Source of the DNA: the human T2T-CHM13v2.0 reference genome, Homo sapiens
Assembly: GCF_009914755.1 (NCBI RefSeq)
Contig: NC_060926.1
Reading direction: 5' to 3' (one strand)
Length of the DNA: 64,000 nucleotides
The notes under the pieces: generated by a model
Seen by the model: only the letters and a program-made list of their open reading frames with translations
The model's database searches: none
Told to the model about the DNA's origin: nothing
Program-made: the position numbers and the translations under genes
In this document: positions 34,120 through 47,233 of the stretch, one piece after another
Numbering within the stretch: position 1 is the first letter of the stretch
Layout: every line of letters begins with the position of its first letter

Positions 34120-35215
34120 TGAAATCAAAGAACCTCTTATTGACACTTTAAGAAAGAAAATTGAAATAAAAAATACTTAAGAGCTGAATGACAATTAAAA
34201 CACTAAATGTCAAACTTTTCAGAATAAAGCTAAATTATTTATTGGTTATTGGTTTGAACTCATACATTAGAAAAGTAGCAAACAACGACAACAAAATAAT
34301 GAAAAAGCAAATGATCTAAGCTTTGTACTAAACTAGAAAGATAGAAGAAGGAAAAAAATATTAAAGTTAAGAGTATGAATCAAGAAGTACAAAAATCTCA
34401 CTAACATGACAAATTAAGAAACTGGTCCTTTAGAAGATTAATGTGATAGAAAAATTTTTGCAAGACTTGAAACAAGTTGATACAAATAAGCAGAGTATTA
34501 AAATGCATATATAAAAATATAAAGTATTACGAGTAACACATGATTTATTTGAAATATATACTTAATATAATATAAACAAACTTCTAGAGTATAAAATAAT
34601 ATTTAAAGAAAATATGAATAGACCTATAAACATTTATGGAATTTAAATGGAAATCACAGTATTTATTTACAAAAAAGACTTAAATCCAGATAACTTTATG
34701 GTTAAGTTCTGTAAAAGTTTCAAGAATAATCCTTTCTTAATGAAGGTTTTTAGCAGAATAAAGATAAAGAAGGCAATCTGAACAAGTAAAAAGAGACAAT
34801 CCAGTAAAATGAAAGTAAAGCCAATTTTACAGATATGTATAAATGACTAAATCCTAAATGAAATGTTAAGTACCTGAGGATAAATGTTCACATATGTACC
34901 ATAATCAAGAGGGATTTATCCCAAGAATGCAAGTCAGAAAATATGTTGATATTATTTTCCCCATTAAAAGATAAAGGAGAAAAACATACGATTATGTTAA
35001 TCGATACACATAAAGCAACTGAAAGTTCAAAACCTATTATTATAAAAAAAATCCTAAAACATAAACATTTAGAAAAATGGAAATAGGTGGTAATTTCTTA
35101 TCATGATAAAGGTTATTCAATGCAAGCCTGTAGCAAATATATTTAATGGAAAACCTTTAATCGTCTTTGAAGTAAAAAATATGACAAGGATGCTTGCTAC
35201 CACTCTTACTGGTTA
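34120..35215 (+). mobile_element. L1ME-type ORF2 remnant
   Basis: A-rich degenerate ORF2: 'ccataatcaagagggatttatcccaagaatgcaag' and 'acaaggatgcttgctaccactctta'. Confidence 0.65.
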
Positions 35216-35223
35216 ACAGAGTT

Positions 35224-35262
35224 CTTTCTCTCTCAATCTCTTTCTCTCTCTCTCTCTCTCTG
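35224..35262. repeat. (TC)n microsatellite, interrupted
   Basis: TC repeats visible directly. Confidence 0.85.
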
Positions 35263-35296
35263 TGCATACATATGTATGTATATATGACTTAGAAGG

Positions 35297-35716
35297 TGTG
35301 GTAGGCACAGAGATGGACTGTTCACATTCGCCTTCAGCAAAAGCCTTGCCACCAGCCATGGGGAGTAGATGGCCTTCAGCAGTCTGCTCCTTTAGGGCTT
35401 TGCTCACTTTCAAAGAACTGAGTCACCTGAGGTCATGCCCTTCTTGGATCACCTGTCACCTGGTGATTGAACAAGGCAGTACATAAAGGTCTGGCTCTTT
35501 TGATCCACCAGAGGACAATTCTGATTAGCATTCCTCATTTCAGAACTCCTTGCTGAGACGTCTGAGGCTGTGTTGGATCTGCATAGCAGTTTTAACTTCT
35601 CTCATTCCCCTATGCTGAGACCTCCTCTTTCCTTTCATAGGTGTTGATCCCCCATTAAACACCTTGAATTCTTAACTCTATCCCAGAATCTTCTGCAGAT
35701 GAACCCAAAAGAAACA
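35297..35716 (+). mobile_element. ERVL solo LTR, LTR16-like
   Basis: TGT...ACA termini. 'cctgaggtcatgcccttc...ataaaggtctggc...ggacaattctga...ataggtgttgatccc...attaaac'. Confidence 0.65.
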
Positions 35717-36760
35717 AATATATGATCAGTGACATAGAAAACTTAATGGAATGACTAAGAGTGTTTAGAAATGTTGCTTAGAGGATCAGTATTTTTTAAA
35801 AATCAATTTTCTGGCTATGTTGGACTAGCAATTTACAGATTGAATTTCTCACCAGTAACAACTAAGAAGGCGGGATAAAATATAGAAAACATATATTTGA
35901 AAGAAATAGAGAATTGAAAAGAGTAATAACTTGAGAGGCCAAGATAAGCCAACTTTCCCTTTGTTGCATTTGCATATTTATTATTAGTGCAAGCAGAGAG
36001 ACTAAGAAGCAGTGCATAAAGTAGTTGTTAAGAGTCAGAGAATCTCAAGAAAAATTTTAGCAGTCCCACTTTTAGGGGAAAAGAGAAACCACAGATAAAC
36101 ATCTATTTACTAAGGTATAGTTAAAGAAACTGTGTGCCACTAACCAAAGAACCAATCAATAGGTAATAAAATAAAATAGAAAACCTAGGATCAAGCCTAC
36201 ATCTAAAGAGGACACTGGTGTGTAATACAGGTGTCACATATTAGTGGGGTAAAGAATGGATTTCTGAAGAAATGATATTGGAAAAATAGGTTCACTGTAC
36301 TGAAAATCATAAAAACAAAATTATACCTTTATTTCCCAGCTGAACTCCAGATGTATCAGAAGCCCAAATGTATAACTCCAAGTTAACATAAGAAAAATAT
36401 AAAAACTTGTGTCATCTTGGAATAAGAAATTTTTAAAGAATACACAAAAAAGGACTATTCAAGGAGAAAAATTGGTAAATTTTCCCACATCCAAATCGCA
36501 CAGTTCTCTTTACTGAACTACCTAATAGACAAGGCTACTGGTTTTGTGACAAGATTTGAAGGTGGTATTTGCTTCATTTAAACAGATAAGTGATTGATAT
36601 CTGTAATATAAAACAACACCTGGAAATAAGTAAATGACAGAAAATCCAACAGAAATTTGAGGAAAGCATATGAACAAGGAAGTCACAGAAAGAGACCAAA
36701 TGACAAATATGTAACAATAATGATGAAAATATTGATAGTAATTGTTATGAATAATTCTAT

Positions 36761-37128
36761 TGTATTAGTCCATTTTCACACTGCTATAAAGCCGCTACCT
36801 GAGACTGCATAATTTATAAAGGAAAAAAGTTTAATTGACTCACAGTTCCACATGGCTGGGGAGGCCTCAGGAAACTTATAATCATGGCAGAAGGTGAAGG
36901 GGAAGCAAGGCACATGTTACATGGCAGCAGGAGAGAGAGCAAGCGAAGGGAGAACTGCAAAACACTTTGAAAACTGTCAGCTCTCCTGAGAACTCCCTCA
37001 CCATCATGAGAACAGCATGGGAAAATCACGCCTGTGATCCCATCACTTCCCAATAGGTCCCTCCCTCAATTACAGGGATTACAATTTAAGATGAGATTTG
37101 GGTTGGGGGACAGAGCCAAAGCATATCA
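36761..37128 (-). mobile_element. MaLR solo LTR, THE1D-like
   Basis: 'tgtattagtccattttcacactgctataaag...ggggaggcctcaggaaacttataatcatggcagaagg...cagagccaaagcatatca'. TSD TCTAT / ACTAT. Confidence 0.9.
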
Positions 37129-37739
37129 ACTATGTTCCTAGGAATAAAGTACATATATTAATTTTACATATATTAATTTATAGAGCTCCACAGAGAGACC
37201 TGCACAATAAGACCCATTTCATAACTGCTTATGGTAAAAGTAGGACAAGAAGAACACAGGTGGTCCTCACTATAAAATGAGAAAAATGTAATATGTGCAT
37301 GTGGTAGAATACCATACAGTTAAGGAATTAGACATATATATGCCATCATGGAATAAAGTTGAAAACAGCAGGAAATGCATACACAATACCTTTCATGGAA
37401 ACCAAACACATACGCGTAATACCAATTTTAAGTTCACATGTATATCAAAATATATATGTTAAGATGAGTTTGATAATTATGTACCCAAAACACTAGAGCT
37501 TAAGAAGGGAGGAAAATAGAAAAAGTGAGAGGAAATGCTGAAGGGGTGCTGCCCTTAAGAGACAGAATAAACATTGGCTATTATTTTGAGAATATCATAC
37601 ATTCAGTTTTTTATAAACATTAAGACTTAAGTGCAAAAAGAAGGAAGCAAAAAAAGGAAAGAAGGAATGAAGGAAGGGGCAAGGGAGGGAAGAAAGTTAG
37701 GGCGGGAAGAAAGAAATCCCATCAGAAACCAATTTAAAC

Positions 37740-38090
37740 AGTTAGGAAAGTTTTATCTCACATACTTGGAAGGCAATCCAGTGGCTCTGTCTCCATCCCC
37801 TGAGACGCTCTACTCTATGTGATATTCATCCTCAGGCTGGCAGCAGGACAGTTGCAGCAGTTCCAGTCCCACCTGTACCCAACAATGTTCAGAAGGAGAG
37901 ATGATAGTTTTTGGAGGCTCTTTTGGGGAAAGAATATTCCCCCAATACCACAGTAGACCTCAACTCCAGTCTTATTGGCCCAAATTTGGTCACATGTTCT
38001 TTCCTGAAACAATCACTGGCAAGGTGATCGACTGACTTTATTCCTAAAAAACTGGTCTTACCAACAACTCTAGAAGTGGGGTTGGCTTCC
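37740..38090 (-). mobile_element. Old MaLR LTR fragment (MLT1J/K/L-like)
   Basis: 'tcttattggcccaaatttggtcacatg...cctgaaacaatcactggcaagg'. Confidence 0.55.
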
Positions 38091-38094
38091 CTGA

Positions 38095-38340
38095 GGCTGT
38101 GGTTCTCAACTGGGAGCAGTTTTGCCTTTCAGGGCGAATTGGCAATGTCTAGAGACATTTAAAATAATATATCACAACAAGGGGTCAGTTGCTATTGGCA
38201 TCTAGTGGATAGAGACCAGAGATGCTGCTAAATATATTGCAGTGCACGGTATAAGCTCCCAAAACAAATAGTTACCCACTCCAAAATAGTATAACCCCCA
38301 AAAACAAATAGTTACCCAGTCCAAAATGTCAATATTTCTG
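38095..38340 (-). mobile_element. MER20, antisense, with internal 40-bp tandem duplication
   Basis: 'tggttctcaactgggagcagttttgcc...ttggcaatgtctagagacattt...ggcatctagtggatagagaccagagatgctgctaaa'. Confidence 0.82.
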
Positions 38341-41300
38341 CCCTAACACATACAGCCTCTATGAATAGCTGAAGAATATAAATGGAATAACTAGATAGGA
38401 AGAAGGAAGAAGAAAACATAAATAATTATTTGCAAATAAAATGTTATGGAATCTCAAATACAGGGGGAAAGACTACAGTGGGACGAAAAATGTTTTACTC
38501 CATCTGGTGGTGATGAGTAGATGGATATTTTCAGGAATGGCTAAGAAAAGGTATTTAGAGGATAATTAAGGCCACAGTGTCTGATGTTCTACAGACATCA
38601 GTTTGTACCCCAACCTTGAAATAGTCTAGCTATATAAATTTGGCAAATTATTTAATCCTTCTGTAAGTTTGCTAGATAAGGCATCAAAATACAGAATTCA
38701 GTTGCATTTCTCTATATAACAAATAAAATATGAAATTTAATAAAAATATGATTTACAATAGCATCCAAGAAAACCTTATAATCAAATCTAGAAAAATATG
38801 TATAAGACTTCTACCTAGAAAGTTAAAAAATTAATAGTAAATTTTAAAAAATTAAGTAAGTGGAAGAATATACTAATGTCATGGTATGGAAGACAAAAAT
38901 GAACAGATTAAACACAATTTCAAACAAAACACTACCCTATCCCCTCTTAGGTGGTCTGTAGTTTTAACTCTTGAACTTCCTTTGGGATATATCATCTATA
39001 AAATGGGAATAATAGTGTCTATCTTATAGTGGCGGTGGTGGTAGCTTTAAGTGAGATAATCATGCAAAGATATCACCATACTGTCTACAATACATTAAAA
39101 ATCAACAAATGCTAGACTTCATATAATTATTATTGGACATTATAATAATTAAGACACTTGTGCTAAAAATGATTCTTGAAAGAGGGAGAAATTATCCAGG
39201 CATATAATGACAGAAGAAGAGCATTGCAAATCATAGGAAAATCCTAGGCAAAATCCTGAGCCATGAAGCAGTATTCATTAAGAGAATTGTAAGTATTTCT
39301 GTTGGGTTGAAGCCAGGGTTGTATGGTTAGAGGTGTCACCTATAAGCAGCTAGAGGGGTGAGAAGAGGTTACAGCAACTACCTTCCCACACTCTCAAAAT
39401 GCTACTTGGCTTTACTTTAGTTTTAAATGAATGGCCTCTTTTTCCTTTCAAAACTTGATTCTAAGTCATCTGTGATATCCTTGGATTTTCAAAACAGACA
39501 GGATATATCTGGAAAGCTGGTTTAATTTGGAGATGGGGTAGTGACTGTAAGGAAAGCTGTATGTTTTCTTAATAAAATCAAGCCTTAATTCTGTAAATTG
39601 GGTGATGGAAAGAGGTGTTGCCTGTGGTATCAAAGTCCATTTCAAGAGATCAAATGGGGCAAGTAAAATCTTCAGGTGGTCTATGACTTCCAACTCATTG
39701 ACCCCTTCTCACATGGAAATTCTTCAAGGGATCCAGAGGTATTACTTGGAGCCCAGGTGGAGAGAAGAATGAGAAGCCCATGACACTGAATTAAGCCCAG
39801 TGAATTGTTTAGCTTTAAAAGGACCAAAAAGGTCCTTTTGATTTGCAGATTTTTGAAAGAAATATAAGGTCACCTATAAGAATAGCTTTTTAAAGCACTT
39901 AATGGGGGAAAAATAAATTACTAGAGATTAACATTTTTCATTTTTCTTTAAAATTCTACATTGCAAGGATGAACAAAATGGGGAAAAATGCAGCAGAATG
40001 GACATTATCTTGTGTTTTATTCCAGGAGAGTAGAGAATACAAATTTCAGAGCTGAAGAAAAAGACATTTATCCCGCCAGCTCTGGGGCGGGAAGCAATAT
40101 GCTTTATACTTCATTTCTATTCTAACCATCAGGTCTCCAACAGTTTCCCCTTAAAATACAAAAATGAAAATAAATTGCATTCAAATGTACAATGAAAGAT
40201 AAGAAAGATCTGGTTTGTTTTTGTTATTTCTTTATAGTTCAAATATGTCTGAGGCTCTTTTTTTCAGAATGACAAGTGCTCATGGTCTAAAATGCAGTCA
40301 GTCTGTGTCTCCCAGATGGTTTAGCAATCAGCAAGTTGCTGTGCTGCATTTTGAGGGTAAAATAAAGTCAGGTGGGGGCAGGGTCATGCCAGCATTCTTG
40401 TACAGACTACATAGGGGACAAAACACACAACCTGATTGGGGTTAGGGTCCACGTTCACTCAATGGCATGATGAAATCACATATTATCCTCAGGGGTCCTT
40501 CCAGAGATGCTCCCAGGAATTGCATGGCTCCACTCTATTCCCACCACTCTCTAAACATCAAGTCCAGCCTAACATAAGACTGGTAAATGTCAAGAATTTT
40601 GTCTCCTTTCAAAAATGTCTTCATGTAAGTTTCCCAGCAGCTGGTTGTTACTTAGGGGCTATTCCAGAGAATACGTATTGGAGGAAGTACACTCACACTG
40701 TGTGTGCAAGTAGGATTCTGTGCTACTGTTGATAGTATTGATTCACATCCAAAGGCTATGCCTCCTGTGCTCCACCAGGGATAGGATCTGTGTTTTTGTT
40801 TTGGAAACACTAATAACTGCTACACAATTTTTTTGCAGTATCTGTGTACCACCTAAACTGGTGTTTCCTTGAAACGTTCTTCCTCCCTCCTTTCTTTCCC
40901 TCTTTTTCTTTCTTTCTGTATCTATTTTTCTTCCTTCTTTTCTATAAATAAAATTTTAAAGAAAGAAATTATATGTCACTACATTACTTGACAATAGAAA
41001 GTAAATTTAAAAAAATGAAAACAAAAACTGTTATTACATTTCAGCCAGATTTAGCTGCCTACCAAAGATCTATGCCTGCAACTTGACTTTTTTAATCAAA
41101 AAGGAAATTAATAAATGTTAATGAAATTTTAATTTCCAAAGAATCTCATCTCTGATGTAATCAGAGGGAATGGATGGCAAGGGAATATATATATATATAT
41201 TTTTAACAATGTGACTCAGTGTTGGCCAATGCCTTGTCCATGTGACACATAAAAGTTCACGTCTGGTAGCACCAGAACAGAAAAACACCGAACTAAGTAT

Positions 41301-41349
41301 ATTTTTACAAAATCATGGTCTCAGGGCCAGCTCATGACAAATCTGCTTC

Positions 41350-41800
41350 TCCACTCAGCAAATACTTATTGCACATGTACTCTGTGCTGGTCACTGTTCT
41401 AGGCTCTGGTGATACAGTGGAAAACAAAACTCATAAAATCGCTCTTCTCACAGAATTGCACTGTATGAGTAGAAATTGAAAATACACAAATAAGTGATAA
41501 GGAAAATACATAGCAAGGCAGAAGGAGATCAGTGTCGTAGAAAATAACAAAACAAATATTGAGGATAGAGCGCTGGGGTGGTTGTAATGGGAAAGGGTGC
41601 CTTTGGCAGCAGGAATGATAAGCACAAAGTACACACCTGCTCTGCTGGAGGAACAGGGAGGGGGACGCTGGCTGGAGCAGACTGAACGAGGAGAAGCATG
41701 GTAGAGATGAGGAGAGACAGGTAACATGAAACTGAAATATGGACAGATCATGCATGGCCATGCAGGCTGCTTTGGCTTCTACTCTGCAGAGTGGAATAAC
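41350..41800 (-). mobile_element. L2a 3' fragment
   Basis: 'cactcagcaaatacttattgcacatgtactctgtgctggtcactgttctaggctctggtgatacag'. Confidence 0.75.
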
Positions 41801-42312
41801 AAGTTGATTGAAATTTGCTTGACTGCCCAATATCTCCTTGTAGCACTTTTCTCCTCTTACTAGCAGTATTTCCACTCCTATCTCCCCACCTCAGGTGGTC
41901 TGCGGTTTTAACTCTTAGTTTCCTATGTGGTCCTGTTCTCAGCAACATATCTGAAAAGCATACTCACAATGAAATAAAGGTCTGTTATCTCTGGAAAGTT
42001 GGTGGGGGGCATTGCTTTAATGAAATTTCTCTCCTGATTGGATTCATGCCAGAGTTAGTTAGGTTAATGCTCTGTTTTTGTGTCCCAGGGCAGAGTCAGA
42101 ACAAAACCCTTTTGCGATTTCTATTTTACATATCCACACTTGGGTACATGGATTAGTTATCTAACCAGAAGGACAAGGGAAAAACTGTAAGGAAAAATGT
42201 GCAGAAAATGCACATTAAAATAGCTTCAAATTTATGCAGAAATATAAACTAGGTAAAACTGTATGAGTCAGAGTAGAGCAATAAACTTTGTGATTTCTAG
42301 GTTGGAAAGAGC

Positions 42313-42374
42313 AAGATCCTTGCAAATTGTGAGGAGTAAGATCCTTGCAAATTGTGAGGAGTAAGATCCTTGCA
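42313..42374. repeat. Perfect 25-bp tandem repeat, 2.5 copies (AAGATCCTTGCAAATTGTGAGGAGT)
   Basis: Units start at 42313, 42338 and 42363. Confidence 0.95.
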
Positions 42375-42743
42375 GATAATAGTTTTCCATGGATGTAAGC
42401 AGTGAAAGAGCTGGCTACATGGTATAGTAGTTTAAAGAGAGTTGAAAGTCTCCATTGGTTGCCAAATATATCTCATATTCTATTATAGTGCAAAGAAATT
42501 GTATAGAAGGAATTGACTATCAAATATAGGTTTTCTGAGAGTAGTGGCTTAATACTTCAGAATAAGTAATTGACACCATAGCTGCAATTAATCTATCTGA
42601 GTATGTTATCTCCTAATTGGAGATAAGACCCAACATGTATTATGTCAGGTATAGAGGAAAGGGGGAAATTAAAGGAAGGTTAAAAAAATAAGAGTTTACC
42701 TATGTGGGACTTCCTACTGGAAAGCCATGACTAAAGCAAGTAA

Positions 42744-42780
42744 GTGTGTGTGTGTGTGTGTGCGCGTGCACGCGCACATG
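42744..42780. repeat. (TG)n/(CG) alternating purine-pyrimidine tract
   Basis: gtgtgtgtgtgtgtgtgtgcgcgtgcacgcgcacatg. Confidence 0.9.
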
Positions 42781-43829
42781 TATGTTATAGAAAAACAAGA
42801 ACCATACTGTGATATAGTCTTGCTTATTTTCTCAGCTCTGAAAACAGCACCTAGCACATAATGAGTAATCAAAATATATTTTTGAATTAATTTACTGAGT
42901 AAACAAATAGTGAAAATGTGAGAGGAAAGAGAAAGTAGGATATAAATACCTCTAGGGCAGGGAGTTTTTCAGTAAGGAGAAAAATGACTACTTGAAGGAA
43001 CTTTCTGAAGACAGGAATGCTGAAGTGTGGTAGGGGAGGGTGATAAAATAAAACTGATAGGGAGGATAGATGTCATCATTATCATCTGTCCCAGATTATA
43101 GAAAACACTTTGAGTATAAGATAGACATGACATTGACACCAAGAGTCTGAGGGTGGGTCAGGCCTAGGGTTTCCTTTGTCTTCCCATTGCCTCAGAGTAA
43201 ATAAGGGGCTGTGATCTTGTTGCAAGAGAGTGTTTTTATGCCTGAAGGTTCATATGGGTTTAGGAAGTCGTTCAGGTTTGCAGAAAGAGAGAGAAAGACA
43301 GAGATCCATTAGAAATATGCTTTGCTAGTATTTTTTAAGTTGAGGAAACAGCATTGACCTGGAATTCTAGTATTATAAATGGGCTGACCACTCTATAAGG
43401 CAAATCTAAATTTGTACGATGCTCATCATCTGTATACTGGGGAAAGAATCTGAATTGCCTGGGGACCTTTTAAAAATGTAGGTCTCCAGGCCCACTGATT
43501 TATATCTTCTGAATTATAACTTGTTTCTGTTTTTAAGTTGAATCCCTTCATATATTTCCGAAGTTAGCATCCTGGCAATAGGAAGCTACCTGGGTAGGAG
43601 TCAGAGCCACCTTTGACAAATCTCAGACTTATACATTTTCTTTCTCCTTGAAAAATAGAAACACTAATAGCAACTTCCCCTATCGTATGTAATACTACAA
43701 TGTCTCATACACAATATACAGCGAATGTACAGTTATACCTTGTTATATACCATCTCTATAACCTTAGTTCCATTGTCCTCTTAGTTATTAACATGTTTGG
43801 TATAAATGACCACCTATCTCAAGGGACAA

Positions 43830-43938
43830 GATATAAAGGTTAAAAGCTTGGGCTTTGGAGTCAGGTATTCAGAATACGACACTACCAGATACTCGCTGGG
43901 CAATTTCTTCAAGGTCCCTGAAGCTGGCTTCTCTGCGT

Positions 43939-43975
<37 letters not shown>

Positions 43976-44120
43976 GGTGCGTGTGTAGGTTTATTTTCTC
44001 CCCTGAAAAAGGAGGATAACATTCATACCTGTATCACAGGGTTGGTAGGAGGATTAATATAGTTATGGTGCTCTGAAAGCACTCAGTTTAATGCCCAGCA
44101 CAGAACAAGAGCTCGTATTT
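43830..44120 (+). mobile_element. MIR interrupted by a (TG/CG)n tract at 43934-43986
   Basis: 'ggttaaaagcttgggctttggagtcag...ctgggcaatttctt', then 'aaaaaggaggataacattcatacctgtatcacagggttg...aaagcactcag...tgcccagcaca'. Confidence 0.7.
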
Positions 44121-45489
44121 TGCATTCACTTCTATTGCATTGATATTCCAAACCAGAATCACAGTGTGAGACGAAATTGTGTTTTAGGTGTGAAAGGAAC
44201 ATAGAACAAGAAGAATCAGTAGGGAAGTTATGATTGGAGACAATTTTCAGTGTAGGGACAGGAACCTTTGTTTCTGAAAAATAGTATGTTTAAGGTCAGG
44301 TGATAGGGAACAGGGAGTTTGGCTATGCATTTGGATATAAGTAGCCTATAGTGAAGTTCATCTCAAGAAGACATTCTCAAAGTCTGCTCAAAACATTGAA
44401 ATTTTAAAGAACCCATAAAGCAAGGCCAAGCATGACTAAATAACTTGCCTGAGGTCTCAGAGTTAGGGGCAGACTTAAGATGAGCTGAATTCTAATATGT
44501 TGCACAGATGTTTAACACAGTCCAAATGACTAAGAAATAACTATAGCAAAAGTAGTTACTGAACATATCCACATCTGTGCACGACATCCATAATTTTTAA
44601 GCCTGCTGACCTGCCATCATATACCAGTTTAGTTTCTTTGTTTGGTTTACAGCATATGACAGTAACTGAAATATGGGGGGGGGAGTGATGTTGGGTAGAG
44701 ATTTATTGATCTCTAATCAGTTGAGGGAATGCCATGCCATTGAGGTGTGTTAGAGCATAAAACGAGTTGAGAACTACTGTTTTATGTCTGCGATTGCCTT
44801 ATTTTCTTTGAATTTTTTTCAATAACCCATTATTTTGTGTCTTGAGTGTAATTTCATGCCTGCCCTTAGTACCTGAAGAATGATGATTGTGTGTGCTAAT
44901 GAATCCTGGACTGACATTCCCACCAGGATGGGCATAGCACAGAGTGCTGGGAGGCCAGGCTGCGTAGTCAATGGAGCGTTTGAGATGAAAATCCAGTCCA
45001 CATTCTGAGGAGGGGGAAAGCAAGAAGTCTGTGAGGGTGGCATCTGGAAGTTACTGCCTTGACCCTCCCGTTGGCCATGATGCCTAAAGAGGAGAATAAG
45101 AGCCCTGCCTCTGGTTCTGAAGGCAGCTGTCAGTAAAGCACGAAGCTGGAGTGAGTTGGAAAACAGACACTCATGAGACGGGCCTATCTCTGTGTCTGTT
45201 TCCCAGCTCTCCCCAGGTGGAATGAAAGGGAAAAGTGTAGAGGAATCCTTATTCAAATGAAGGGCCAGAGTCATACCTGAACCACAGCAGCTAAGCAACA
45301 AACGGCAATGGGCAGTCCTTGCAAACAGTCTACACAGATCAAACCAAGCATACTTTATGTGAGCTTTGCAGAGAGAAAGGCCAGTGCACGTGCAGGGCTT
45401 ACCTCACCGCAGCACCTCCTCTGCCCCTCATCTCCATTCTCAGATCCATTTTCAGGCCTGTATTCCCTAAGAAGCAACTAACAGCATTA

Positions 45490-45680
45490 ATATGAACAGC
45501 TAACAAATTTTAGCAGTTGCTGTGCTTCATGTACTGTGCTGAACCCTTTGCATGTAAGCCTCACAGTGACCTCCCTGGGAAGACACCATTTTAATCCTTC
45601 ATTCACAAACAAAGAAACTGAGACTTCAATAGGATAATTCCTGAGAGTAGGTTGTGGATATGGGAAGGGAAATTGAGGTG
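45490..45680 (-). mobile_element. MIR SINE
   Basis: 'cagctaacaaatttt...cctcacagtgacctccctggga...acaaagaaactgagacttca'. Confidence 0.65.
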
Positions 45681-45779
45681 TGAAGGTGAAGAGAGACATT
45701 AAAAAGGTCTGAAAGTAGTTTGTGTGGGCTGTTTGTAGGAGCTGCTTACTGCCTTTTCTGCTAGAAATCTGTTAAAAGG

Positions 45780-45979
45780 AAATCTGAATAAACTATGGAC
45801 CTTAATCATCATGTATCAATATTGGTTTATTAATTATAACAAATGTACCATAGTAATGTAAGACGTTGATAGTATTAGAAACTGGGTGAAGGGTTTATGG
45901 GAACTCTTTGTCCTATCTTTACAATGTTTCTGTAAATCTTAGACTGTTCTAAAGCATAAAGCTATTTAAAAAAAAAAAT

Positions 45980-45980
<1 letters not shown>
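45780..45980 (+). mobile_element. L1MC/L1MD-type 3' end with poly(A)
   Basis: 'atgtatcaatattggtttattaattataacaaatgtacca...atgggaactctttgtcctatcttt.caatgtttctgtaaatct'. Confidence 0.75.

Positions 45981-47233
<1,253 letters not shown>

Noticed and set aside
39817-39839. Perfect 9-bp inverted repeat (AAAAGGACC-5nt-GGTCCTTTT), terminator-like
   Set aside because: A few such stems are expected by chance in 64 kb, and intrinsic terminators do not apply to this eukaryotic DNA.
42313-42374. 25-bp repeat as a CRISPR-like array
   Set aside because: Head-to-tail copies with no unique spacers, no cas genes, and a primate context.
44819-45301. 160-aa and similar (41399-41875) non-L1 ORFs as genes
   Set aside because: No recognisable domain and non-ATG starts. 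The second ORF overlaps an L2 remnant.
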